DNA of 64,000 nt from NCBI GenBank assembly GCA_023920165.1, contig CP089275.1:5766001-5830000 (forward strand), read 5' to 3'. Position numbers and translations under genes: made by a program. This document shows positions 9,829 through 22,069 of this stretch, in pieces. Under the pieces are notes generated by a model. It worked only from the letters and a program-made list of their open reading frames with translations. It had not been told where the DNA came from and ran no database searches. Positions within the stretch are counted from its first letter, which is position 1. Each line of letters starts with the position of its first letter. This DNA comes from Curvularia clavata. Lineage: Eukaryota.

Positions 9829-12800
9829 TCACGAGTTTGACTGCGATATCCATTTGCGGCTCAGGGCGTAGTCTTCGAGCCTAAGTTCCTGTAGGTACTT
9901 AGCATTTGTCGAGTCCTGTGCATGACGAAGGAGGCCGACCTCGAATGATATTTTCCGATAAGCAGGAAGGGCTGTAACAACTTGGAAAATCTCTTTCCCC
10001 CCGGGGGTCTCGTTGATGTAAGAGTCAAACAGAGAAGACGTAACTTCAGGTGTGTTACCGTCGAACAGTGTCGATGTCGTGCAATTGGAATTCAAGCGAC
10101 TTAAGGGCTGGGTGCTACCAGTGCCGCATATGTTGTTTGCCGAGGGTGAGCCGAAGACGACAGAAGGTGGATGACCAGTCGCACTGTTCCCAAACTGGTT
10201 TGATGGACCAGCTGGGTCGCTAGAAGGTGAAGTTGAAGCAGATACGCTGGGGGAATTGAAAACGTTAGTTGGGTGATCAGGCTTCGCCAAAGTAGCCTGG
10301 CCGAAAAGACCACCCGTTGCTATGCTTGGCGCGTTGGAGATACTTGGAACGTTTGAGGTACTGCGGCCCCCGAAGAGATTTGGTGCCGGTGCAACTGTTT
10401 GTTTCATTGGTGTGGACGCTCGCCTAGAGGGTCCACTGAGTGTTGTAGTCTTTGCTCCTGTTGATGGGAGTGTTGTATAGAGATTGAAGTTGAAAAAAGG
10501 CTTGTTATTGGTCATATCAGTACTTGGAGCATCGAGAACGCTCTTAAAAGGTCGTGCTTTCGCTGCGGCTGACGGATCTTGTGCGGCTACTGACGGCTTC
10601 TGTATCACTCGTGTTCCAGTAGATGGGGGTGATTTTTCACCCAGAGTTGGTGGCTTTGATATGGCCTTTGGTGTTCGAGAAGCTGTATTAAAAATCTATT
10701 AGACTGGACTGACGTGCGATTGTGATTGGGCCACCAGGAAATGGACCTGCCGCATACTTACCAGGATGGAATCTTAATATGCCAAGTCCCTTTTCCAAAG
10801 TTTTCACACGATCGCTTAGTCTTGTTCTCTCTTGCATGGTCTCAACTGATTCCGCAGCGATAGCCTGAAGCTCGTCATCTTCCATGTCTCTTACTGTTGC
10901 CGATGAAAGTATCTTGGCTACGCCGGATAGCAAGCATTGCTCAATCGCCAAAGAAGCGACATTATTCATGAATGTGAGGATTGCTGACTAGATTCGGTCA
11001 GAAACGGAAGGTGCTCATGAACAAATCAATATCTAGGTGCGAGTATACCTCGTAATACGCTTCCATTACTTCGTAAGTCTCCAAAGATCCATATTTGTTC
11101 TCATTTGGAGCATCTCCGGCTGAAATCTTAGCCAACAACTCCTCGACAGAAGGCACCCCTTCCTCAAGATCAAGACTATCATGGACCGCTTCCACCACTG
11201 ACCGCGCCACTCTCTTTTCCCTCAATGCCCAGATGTTTTGGGCAAACTTTGGGTCGATACTGAGAGGGTGGTGATTGCGGTGCGGGGTGAGCAGCTCCTC
11301 AAGTTTTGTCTTCAGCTTCTGGCGCTGCTTTTCCAAGGCGGGGTCAATGATGTGGCTGGAAAGTAAGCGACTGGTTCTATCGTCGGTCAGGTGGCATAGA
11401 AGAGTTTCTAAGAATGCCTTGACAGAGTTCCATACCGCTTCCAGATGCTCGGATGCGATACTCTCCCATGGTTCGGATTGTTGTTGGAAGAGCGAGCCGA
11501 CCAAGGCTGGATTGGACATTCCAGGTAGTTCGATGGTTCTTTCCCGGTGCGCCAAAATATCTACATGACGCTTGAGAAACTCCGATTTCAGGATGATGTT
11601 AGGGTGAGTAGTACCCGTAACCAGCTTCGTATCATACTCCTCAACCACATGCCACTTGTGCCCTTGCTGGAGTATCTTAGTAGCAAATTTATCGTTTAGA
11701 TTGCGAACATTCGCTCGCAAGCGTTTCTCTAGGCCATCAGGGTCTAGAGGCTCACCAAAAAAATCTCTTCGGTGGTATCGACCCTCAAGTGCGTCCCTCG
11801 TATACTCACCGAAACTATCCGAGATGTCAAACAGATAATTGCGCATTTCCTTGACAGTAGAGCGCGCGTCTCCGAGTTTGTCCAGGTCTTTTTTGCTTTG
11901 AGTGAGATCTATCTCAAGGCGGTCGACGATGGATGGGAGGCTGAGGGAGATATGATTGATAAGCATTTTGCTGAGCTTTCGGCGTAGACTGTCAATGCCA
12001 CGACCCACGTCACGTGTTGGCAAAGGCTGCCAGCTGCTTTTCTTGAAGAAATCGTTCTCGATTGCATCTCGTTCTTCTAGAGACTTGTTTTGCTCCGCAA
12101 ATGATCGATTACGAACAACGTGCCTAGAGAAGACAAGACCACATCAGCAACTAGAGCGTATCTCAGGGTTCAGATGCGGAGATTGTCACATACCAACCGT
12201 ATTTGAACTTGGCTGTATTTGAGCGAGCGTACTCTATACACTCTTGTTCCTTTTCCGACCCTTGGGGTAGCTCGTCAGGCTTGGTTATGATCCCGAGTGT
12301 GCGGTCGGTGGCTCCGTTGATCTTCTGTATGCTCGTTAGGATAGCCTGAAGCCTAAGGTCGTTATGCGCCGAGACGACCGCAAGAATGATGCTGTTTGGC
12401 TCCCCCATATATTTTCCGACCAGGTCGTTGATCAGCTCAATGTCCCGCGAGCCGGATGGAGCATCGCTATGATGAATAACTCCGGGAAGGTCCACCAGCG
12501 TCAACGGGACAAGTTTTGGACCCATTATCTCGACCTCGAGTACGTGATCGAAGAATTCGGATTTGTCATCGGAGTTTTGGCTCATGACGTTGCGCGCACC
12601 CGCAACGAGGTCTGCAAACTTCTCTGGCGCATCGAACGATTGACTGAATTCTGAAAGTCGCTCTGCGGTTTCAGCATCTACTGTGGGCCCGGCCTTAATT
12701 CGACAACTAATTCGAGATTGTTGCTCCCGGCGTAGGCGAAGTTCGGTAGGAAAGCTTGTGCATGTGGTGCTTTTCGTTGGAAAGCGTACGCGGGTGAGAG

Positions 12801-12990
12801 CCTCAAGAACCGAGCTTTTGCCAGAAGATTGATCTCCACAGACAATAATCTGTGGAAGTCCTTTCCCCTCCAGCAACCTTCCGATTCCGAGAGAGCGGAG
12901 CTCATCGATAGCATCGAGGAGTTGACTGTCGTCATTGGAGAGGAGTTGGTGGAGAGTTGTTCCCTCTAGAGCTGATGTGTGCTCTGCCAT
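9829..12990 (-). CDS. Mx-like dynamin-family GTPase (about 966 aa, 5 exons) with C-terminal FG-like low-complexity tail and GLEBS motif
   Basis: G1 LPQIIVCGDQSSGKSS, G3 LVDLPG, G4 TKPD, then stalk and GED regions. Exons 12990-12194, 12123-11049, 10987-10762, 10682-9940 and 9888-9829 are joined by GT-AG introns and total 2901 nt in one frame. Confidence 0.88.
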
Positions 12991-13745
12991 CCTTGAGAGG
13001 TTATCGAATTTTTCAATATTGTCAAGTTTACAAAATTTGACTGGATTTTGGGGTCTGGGATAGACACTTTGATCGGGGCTGGAGGAGAGATAGCAGCATT
13101 GAGCAACGTTATTTATTTGCCCTTCATTCCTGCTGTGCCGCATGCACGATACTTTTCTTACCCCAGAGTAGGCGCTTAGCTCCACCGATAGGGCCAATGA
13201 GAACAGTTCGTACTGCAGGGCATTTCTGACTGCAGAATCTCTATACGCGATACGAAGTCCTACCTTTTGATGATTGGCTACGATACAAGATCATGCCACA
13301 ATAATGGCCGTGCTCCTTTACTGATCCAGTCTAGTGTGTGTTTCATGGGACGGAAACTTCGCCAACGTAACGGCCCGTACATGTTGTGATACAAGAGGGG
13401 TACATGAACGGACTGCTTTTCCCCCGCTCCCCCTCCTGTCACCGCCACCAAGCTTGGCAAAAAGACACCTGTTTTCCAACTATTTGTCACTTTCTTGTCT
13501 CTCCCTTAGCGTCAAATATAGCCTGGCAGTGTTCCCTCACATTTTGTATATAATTTGAGAAGTTAAGTAGCTCAGTAAGGACCTTTCTTATTACATCCAA
13601 CTTAAAGTATGCGGAGGCTTCAGTCTCATAGTAGGTATCAAAACGACTATACTATATTTCGGATCGACCATAAACGTCCATTTCATGTAAACTACTTATT
13701 ACAGTCTTCTACTAATAGCTATTCTAAGCAGACTAATTTAGTATC

Positions 13746-14123
13746 TGTTAAGAGTAAGGGTCTCAGGCGGAAGTAATACAAGACTTCGGTGCTAGAGCTC
13801 TCAGGGTTGGTTTTCGCGGATAAAGCAACAGTATATTATGAAGAAAGGTTCTGCAAGTAACTCGTGTATTATACTTGTACTCGTAACTTAAGTTAAACAC
13901 ATCGAGCTATACGGGTTCGATATCTATTCCTATATACTTAATCTTCATTCCATATATTCTATGTTATGTCGCGTTGTTCCATGCGTGGTACTTTGTAGAA
14001 CGTAAAGAACATATAGAATACACGTGACTTGTTCTATAGTGGCGTTCCGCCAAGCGCGTGGAACGTAGGGCTATATTATCGTTATTAGCTGATATGCGGT
14101 TGTGAAAGAGATAGGTCTTGACA
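13746..14123 (-). mobile_element. Probable RIP-degenerated LTR of an older retroelement
   Basis: Begins TGTTAAGA and ends TCTTGACA (imperfect inverted ends). It is followed by a pyrimidine run that is PPT-like on the minus strand, and the sequence is TpA-rich. No matching TSD. Confidence 0.4.
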
Positions 14124-14291
14124 TAGGCTTCTTCCTTCCTTCTTTCTATATCTTCTTGTGGTGCCCTCTTCTTAGGTTCGTAATATAAAGTTACTATAAG
14201 TATTATACTAGATTAGCGGTATACTTCTCTAATATTTAATCTAGATCAGAGCCAGTTAGTACATTAATAGTAAGTAGTATAATATTATAAT

Positions 14292-14500
14292 TGTTAGACT
14301 GTTAGTGGCGTGAAGGTACAGCACGAGATAGATAAGAGAGAACTATGCTTTAACAGCCATGTATTCACGAGACGAATCGCTATCGAGCACCTCTAGCGAT
14401 CGTAGAGGCTTTATAGCCTTAGGTAAGCCCTAGCTAACTAACTAGCGTGAAGAAGGAGGGAATTAGACCAACATGTCCCAATTTAGACCAGGTCCTGACA
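14292..14500 (-). repeat. 3' LTR
   Basis: TG...CA ends. Differs from the other LTR at 6 positions, all TpG/TpA (RIP type). Confidence 0.93.
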
Positions 14501-15093
14501 ATACCTCCCTTCTTAGGGTGCAGCTGTCCCAGCTGCGCAACTTATCATGCTTACCGCCCAGTTTGAGCGGTTACTAGGTGATGCCGCCGTGTGGGTTAGA
14601 GGGTGTATTTTACTTGCTCACCGCCCCAGGGCTATAACGTCATAATAGCGGAGTTTTGCGCTACTACCTAGCCGACTGCCCCACTTTGGGCCAACCCGGC
14701 CCATCAGAGTACTCCTGGGCAGCGCCAAGAGTCACGTGACGCGCTAATTTAGTGCGGATCCAAGGATACAATAGCCAGTTTTTGACTAAGCCCAGTACAC
14801 CCTACAGTCCACCAACCCCACTTTAGTAAGTAGACTCCCATTTTATAGGTCTTCTCAGTTTAGGCCCGACACCTTCCACCCACGGTCTGTTTGCAACAGT
14901 TTGGCCCAATTTAGGCCAGTTTGCAGTCGACCTTAGTTTTATTACCTTTTTCTAAGGTTCTTCCCCTAGACTTAGAGTTTTCTGCTAACTTTTCTTTTTA
15001 GACTGTTTCCTCCCATACAATCCATTTCACGACAGATTCGACCAATTCGTCCCAAACACCCCCAAATTAGGGCCTTCAAGACCCACTTGAACC

Positions 15094-16159
15094 ATAACGA
15101 ACGCACTTAGATCCGTCAACCGCAGTACAGTATCAAACCTATTCATACGCAAAGGCCAGAGGTCTTACTACGCTTATATATACTGTCTGAACGCCTTCAG
15201 AAATAATAAGCCCGTTACTTTTAGCAGAGCGGGTTGCGTTATATTAGACATCAACAATCCTAAAGTAGCTGAGGCTTAGTCTAGCTACAAGGTTGAACCG
15301 GAGTCTAGCAGTATACCTAGGCAGGTGATAAAGTGTCTTCGCTGCTCTTACATCAACCATATCTGTTTTGCGGTAAGTTGCCCTATTTTACTCTAATTTA
15401 GTCCAATTTGGAGCTAAATAAGTAGTTAGGTGCCTCCTCCCGACAAGTTCTCCCCCAACTAGATAAGACTTGGCCAGCTCATTAGGAAAGTTGAGGATAC
15501 CTTCCATACCATTAACAAAGATATCCCCGAGGGTGCCAATAAGACTAAAGTTCGTACTAAGCGCAGGGAAATATACGAGGTAGCCGTTACTAGACTTAGT
15601 ATATTCAGCAAGCCTATTATTAAGTCACTCAAGAAGTAAGTAATCCAATTTTCCTAAATCTAGCCCAAATTAGACTAATTTGTATAGATTTGAGCCTCAT
15701 GCTACTCATCTGTCTCTTTCCTCTAGTACCATCGAGAAGGAAGATGATCCCCGCTCTAGTATAAAGACTTCTGCCCTTAGCCGCTCCAAGAAGGATAAAG
15801 AAGTCAAGAGGAAAGCTCATAAGATCGAGGTGGAAACTTTAGTCGAGGCAAAGGTCAAGAAGTCCAAGTATGGCTCTAGTGGGCGCAAGAAGGAGATTTG
15901 TAATCCTTTTCCCCCCTATTTACGCCAAATTGCCCCAATTTAGACTAACTTGGTTCTTTAGGTCAAGATTGCCGAGGATGTCACTAATAAGCTTCAGAAG
16001 CGCATTAATAACATTAATAAAGAGATTTTGCAAAAAATGTCTGAGAAGAAGAGGGCCAAGGGTCAAGCCAAAAGGAAGATCACCAATAACATCAAGAACT
16101 TAGAAAAAGCCAAGACAAGGCTTAACAAGGAGTACGAGGCCACAGTTACTAGTAATTAA
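15094..16159 (+). pseudogene. RIP-mutated, spliced, antisense extra gene inside the Gypsy element (Cys-motif N-terminus, Lys/Glu-rich C-terminus)
   Basis: Four exons are separated by introns 15373-15429 and 15636-15687 (both GTAAGT...TAG) and about 15896-15961 (donor G>A). Splicing keeps a single frame with KCLRCSYINHICF. There are two in-frame TAG stops, and the start is probably ATG>ATA. Confidence 0.6.
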
Positions 16160-16479
16160 GGGTAGTTGGGTCTAGTTTTGTCCGTTTTAGCCCAAATTGG
16201 GTTAGTATAGGCTATAGTAGTTTTCTTCCCTTTCATATAAGATACCCAGAGCATTAGAATAGAGGTAATAATTGAAATTCTCTTTTCTTTACTTTTCCAT
16301 TCCTTAGTTTTTATTATGCAATATCAGTTCAACATAGACCAATTTGGGCCAGGTTGCCCTAATTAGCTTATACCGTTAAACACCTATAAAACCCTTTAGA
16401 GAAAAAAGTAGGTAAAAGTACATACACTAATTTAGCTCCTATTAGCCCTATTTGGCCCATTTTGGCCCGCGTCTGCGTC

Positions 16480-19400
16480 GAGGGACCTAATTTAATTTAT
16501 TCCAGAACTCTTAAAGCGTTTTCTAAGTAACATTAGCAGCTAGCTCCCATATATTTTCAGAGTCGGGGTATCCAGTCTATTTCACTAAGTATTCCCACTA
16601 ATCATCCTTATTCTTCCTATGTCCTACTATTTTGTCCACGAGGTAGACATCGTCGCCTGTCTCGCCTAGTTCGTGTTGTATTAGGACTTCAGGATATGGT
16701 ATATCACCTAGGGGGTGATACTGCTCTAGTAAGGATGCATAGAACACTAGGTATACATTTTTTAGACCAGGCATATCTACTTTAAATACTAATAGGCCGA
16801 TTTGCTCAGTTATTATGCCTGGGCCAACGTATTTCCAGTCAATCTTCTTCTTTAGTCACAGGGATTTAATATGCTTATTAGATAGCAGTACTTTATCCCC
16901 TACCTTAAAAGGAATAGGTTATCTTTTCTTATCTGCGTGCCGTTTTTAGTACTCTTACGCTTTTAGAATATTATTCTTACACTCTTATTATATTTCGATT
17001 ATTCTTGAGACAGTACTTGCCGCTAGGGGGTTTTCGCCCCCAGTTTAGGCGTCTTTAGGCCATTCTACGCCTCTTAGGTGTATGCCGTTGCATGCTTAGA
17101 AGGGGGTAACCTTAGTAGTCGAATGTACACTATCATTATACGCGTATTCCCCTACTAAAATCCATAATACCCAGTCGTCCTACTCTAGAGAACAGTAGCA
17201 GCAGAGGTACTATTCTAGAGTCTAATTTTAGCATTCAGTCTGGCCATCTATTTATAGGTAGTATGCCGAAGTAAGTACACGTTTCGAGTTAAGGTAGTGA
17301 AAAAAGGTCTTCCAATAGATAGAGTTCATTAAAGGGCCTCTATCTAATATAATTCAGCGTAGTACGCCATAGAGACGGATTACTTCGCGCAACCATACCT
17401 AAGCTAGGTCTACTCCGTCCCAATTAGACCGTGCTGGCACGTAATGGGCCATTTTGGTCAGTCTGTCGACTATCACGAGAATTGCGTCGTATACTACGCC
17501 TTGCAGTTTACTTAGTAGCAATTCAGTTATAAAGTCCATTATTACTTCCTCCCAGGCTCTATTAGGTAGTGGTAATGGTGCAAGGGGCCCGTATGGCAGG
17601 TGCCGTTTCGGGGTAGATTTTTGACAGATAAGGCATAATTTGCAGTAGTCTTCCACGTCTTTCCTCATGCCAGCCCACTTATAGTGGCGCATTAGTTTCT
17701 CTAATGTGCGTCTTGCGCCAAAATGTCCAGAAAGCGGGTCGTCGTAACCTTATTTTAATGCTGCTGCTTTTTCCTGTGCCGTCTTGGGCACGGTTGGGCT
17801 AGAGTGGCCCTGTTTAAGCCTTTGTAGACTTGGTTTGGCCACGTCGTCTTCTTCTGAGCTATATGAGTCCGAAGTGTATTCGTCCGTCTCTAAGTCGGCC
17901 TCTTGAGCCAATGCTGCATGCCTCTGGTCTTCATATTGCTTCGCTGCTGTATTCTGCCGTCCTTGTGATCGTGTGGTGGTAGCTGCAGCTATAGCAGTCC
18001 CTTCAGCATTAAATTTGAGCAGATGGCGTAGCGATGGCACATATGCGCTATTATTCTTCTGCTTTAGCTCTTAGGCGGCTTTTATGTAGTCGGGTCTGCG
18101 CGATAGGCCGTCGGCGGGGTTTATTTTCCCAGATTAGTGTACAATTGTAAAATCAAAACCTAATAGGGCTAAGTAAGACCATACCTGGCAGTAATTCAGT
18201 ATTTTAGTTTCCATAAACCACTTCAGGTTTCGATAGTTAGTAATTAGATTAAAGTGTATCCTATCAAGATATCTTCGCCAGTGTTGGAGACTAGCGACGA
18301 TAGCTAGTAGCTCTTAGTCATACGTATCATAGTTATACTCCGCGGCGATTAATTTGCGCAAGTAGAAGTCTACGGGTCTCCAGCAAGCCTCTTTAGACAC
18401 GTACTAGCTTAGGATACCAGCAATCGCTCCTCCCAACGCATCGACCTATACTCTAGTCTAATTGTCTAGATTAAAATAGATTAGGATAGGTACTGCTATA
18501 AAGGAGTTTTTTAGCGTCTTAAACGCGCTCTTAGCGTTTTCGTCTAGAATTAGCAGTACGCTTTTCTCTTTTCGCTGAGCTTTACCCCCTTTAGCGGCAT
18601 TCGGCTCCTTTTTCAGTAACTCAGTTAAAGGCAGTGCGATTCTAGAGAAGTTAGCAATAAATCAACAATAGTAGTTCATAAAGCCTAGAAACACGCAGAC
18701 ATCGCGCACTATACGCGGTTCTAGCCATTCTTAGGCTATTTTAGCCCGATCTGGGTCGATACTTATACCCTCAGGGCTAACTATGTAGCCAAGGAACTCA
18801 GTATATTAGATATGCCATTCACACTTCGAAGTCTTCAAATACAGCTTAGCTTCGCGCAATCTATTTAAGACTTCGCGCACATATCTCTCGTGCTCCTCTT
18901 CTATATTAGAGAACACCAGGATATCGTCCAAATACACAATACAACTCACATCTACCAATCCTACAAGAATATAGTATATATACGCCTGAAATTATACAGG
19001 AGCGTTTATAAGACCAAAAGACATCACAGTATACTCGAAATGGCCGTATCTAGTGCAGAAGGCTATCTTCCACTCATCTCCCTCCTTAATCCTCACCCTA
19101 TAATATGCTTCTCGGACGTCTAGCTTAGTATAGAATTTTGCCTCAGCCAATCTATCCAAGGACTCCATAATCAAGGGTAAAGGGTGACAGTTTTTAAGCA
19201 TTATATTATTTAGACCTCTATAGTCCACACATAACCTCATCATACCGTCTTTCTTCTTCGCGAAGAGTATTAGTGCGCCTGCTAGCAACTTCAAATATCT
19301 AATCCACCCTCTCGCGAGATACTCACGCAAGTAATCCCAGAGTAGCACTAACTCACTCTTCGAGAGCCCATATAGCGGCTGATATAATAGCGTAGTACCT

Positions 19401-21366
19401 TCTTTCAAAGTTATCACCAAATCGTGCGGGCCATACTCAGCAAAGCACTTAGCATCCTCTTCCAAAGCCAAATCCGCAAAGTCCTCATACTATAGTGGCA
19501 ACTAAGACAACTTAGCTTAATCAGGGCCAACCTAGGCGTTCTTAGACTTCTCCAACCCCTCCCAGTCCTCTTCCTCATCGCTTAGGTCCCAACCCATCAC
19601 AGTAGACACTTTAAGCGCGTAAACGTCCGTCGTAGACGTTCAGAGTATTTTCTCAAACTCTTCAGCGCTTTCTATCGCGATTTTCTCATATAAAGCCCTA
19701 TCTACATATTTCACGCCCCTAAATAGCACTCGACGCAACCAGAGGCTTATTTTAGACTTATAGAAATCGACCCAGGGCATACCTAAGCATACTAGATAAT
19801 GCTTCATTTCTATCACCACAAAAGGTATATTCTAGACTTTAGTCCTCCCTCTTATGTCTATAACTTTCATAGTCACCTCTATAGTACCATAAATCTCAAA
19901 CTCCGCACCGCTTAAGGCTTCTACCACTAAGTTCGGTATAGGAGTTATTGTTAAATCGTGATCCTTAGCTTAGTAGATTAAGAGTAGATTTAGTTAAGAC
20001 CCTCCATCTATCAGCGCTTCGAGTGGATCTTGGCCAATTTACACCATTATAGTCAATAGTAGGCTAGGTTTGCTAAACATTGCTTCGCGAAGTGTCTTCA
20101 AGTCCTCTTCTAGCTCTAGCCTTGCAATATAGGCGGAGAGTAGGGCTACTAGGTTCTCCACCCCTTACCTTTTTCCAGTTTAGGTTCCTCAGGTGCCACT
20201 TAGCTTTATTTGTGCTTACTACAGTTCCTACTAATATATCCAGATTCCCCGCAGTTGTAACAAACAATTTTGCCCTCTACATCGCGTCCTCAAACCTTAT
20301 TTGCCGCGTATAAACCTTTTATATCCGCAGAGTTCCATCTTTGTTTTTTCAGAGTTTTTTCGTACCCTCTTATATTCTTTAGTAGTGTGCCGCTCCTAGC
20401 TTACTTATTCTGCGTTATTCTAGCGTTGCTAGACTTCTCTCTTTTCATTCTATCCCAGATAAGTCGCGCTCGCGCGTTTAGGTCTGAGATTATACTTCTT
20501 TAACCTAGTTCGAGTAAAAGCAACTCTTTCTATATTATCATTATCAAAGCGCCCATAAAGTCCCTCACTCTCTACTCTTCCGAGTAGGCATTACCCAATT
20601 CAGACCAAAGTATATCCAATTTAGCCAACAAGTCGTTTAGGTCCTAAGACCAGTCCTATCTAATATATTTGAGAGCTCGGTGGGCTTCAAGCTTCCGCTA
20701 TTCTAGTAGTCCCAGTAAATCCACCATTACAGTCTTCAGGTCTAGCCACGTGGGTGTCCAATTCGTGTCTTTTCTACAGTAGTCGTAATAATAGGCGTCC
20801 CATATAGAGCGTAGAGGGTCAGTGATATACCTAAGCCCAAAATCAATCTTAACTACCTCTGTTTAGAACGTTTTAGGGCTTCCCCTAAACGTTACCTCAC
20901 ATTCGCGTTCCCAGCGATTGTACTCAGCACGATCGCGGCTTATAAACTGTGTTAGTTTTTCTAGTCGTAGAGCTCCCACATTTAGTTCTAGTTATATCCC
21001 CACCGCACGGTGTGGTTCATATAGGTCCTCTGTCAGTGCTGTCGTGTCACCTTAGTCAAACCGACGCTTGATTTCCTAGAGACGTTTCAGTTCTTACTCG
21101 TCAAGCGCTCGTTGCCTCCAAGCGCGCAGTTCGTCTAGCTGTTGAGCAATGGTGGTCTGAGGTGGTTCAAGTCGAGCTAGGCTGCCCTGAATTGGGCTTC
21201 TCTATACCAGTTCGGCCTAATCTGCCTCCGTAACGGCAGGCTCGGATAGTTCACTTGAAGATGGCTAGATTAAGTCTCTAGTTAGAGTGGGCTATGAGTC
21301 CCCTACTACCGTGTTTCAAGTTAACCTTGGGCGGCTCCGAGTTTGGCGACTACCTGGGTTCGGCAT
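16480..21366 (-). pseudogene. gag-pol polyprotein remnants (Gag-CCHC, PR, RT, RH, IN, chromodomain)
   Basis: ORF-track fragments 18992-19471 (RT) and 17399-17692 (IN), plus motifs read by eye. The 3' end is approximate. Confidence 0.9.
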
Positions 21367-21413
21367 AGCTCTCTCTGACATCTCGTAGGTGTACTTAAGG
21401 AGAGCGATTCGAA

Positions 21414-21622
21414 TATTAGACTGTTAGTGGCGTAAAGGTACAGCACGAGATAGATAAGAGAGAACTATGCTTTAACAGCCATGTATTCACGAGACGAATC
21501 GCTATCGAGCACCTCTAGCGATCGTGGAGGCTTTATAGCCTTAGGTAAGCCCTAGCTGACTAACTAGCGTGAAGAAGGAGGGAATTGGACCAACATGTCC
21601 CAATTTGGACCAGGTCCTGACA
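21414..21622 (-). repeat. 5' LTR
   Basis: Near-identical to 14292-14500 and followed by the TSD ATAAT. Confidence 0.93.
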
Positions 21623-22069
21623 ATAATATCTCTAGAGACGTCTTAAGTCTCTAGATAATAGAGCATTTCTAGATACTCTAATGTCTCTAGACTATATAGT
21701 ATTCTAAGATAATAACTAGTCTTAGAACTTAGTCTATAATATAAATAAAAAGACTTCTTTTTTTCAAATTAACTATAAATTATAGAAGAGTGTATAGACA
21801 ACATTAAGACGAAGATTATCGGCATCAGAGATTGCAATTCTGTTAGGCAATGATCGTTATTAGAGAATTTTTAAAGATAGTAGCTCTATATCATCGTGCT
21901 TCCACAAAAGCTTCAGCGCAGTCGCAACCCCAACCTGTTCAGTCCTTCATATCGGCTTGAGCTTAGGTTGTATCTGAGAGCTCTTGAGGGGTCTGGAGTG
22001 TCTTTTATCTAAAGATTGGTGAAAATGGTCCGCAGGTTGATGCAGCGATACACTTACGAGTGGTAAGCC

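Larger units (their letters stand above)
14292..21622 (-). mobile_element. Full-length Ty3/Gypsy LTR retrotransposon (chromovirus), RIP-inactivated
   Basis: 209-bp LTRs at 14292-14500 and 21414-21622, with a 5-bp TSD ATAAT on both sides and a PPT next to 14501. Minus-strand remnants include gag CYNCGESG, protease ALIDGGS, RT YLDDILVFS, RNase H, integrase GHFG / WEEVIMDFITEL and chromodomain EYLVK*TGYPDSENIWE, with many TAG/TAA stops. Confidence 0.95.

Noticed and set aside
12991..13197. N-terminal extension of the dynamin ORF in the ORF track
   Set aside because: It uses a non-ATG start and shows no dynamin similarity. ATG 12990 fits better.
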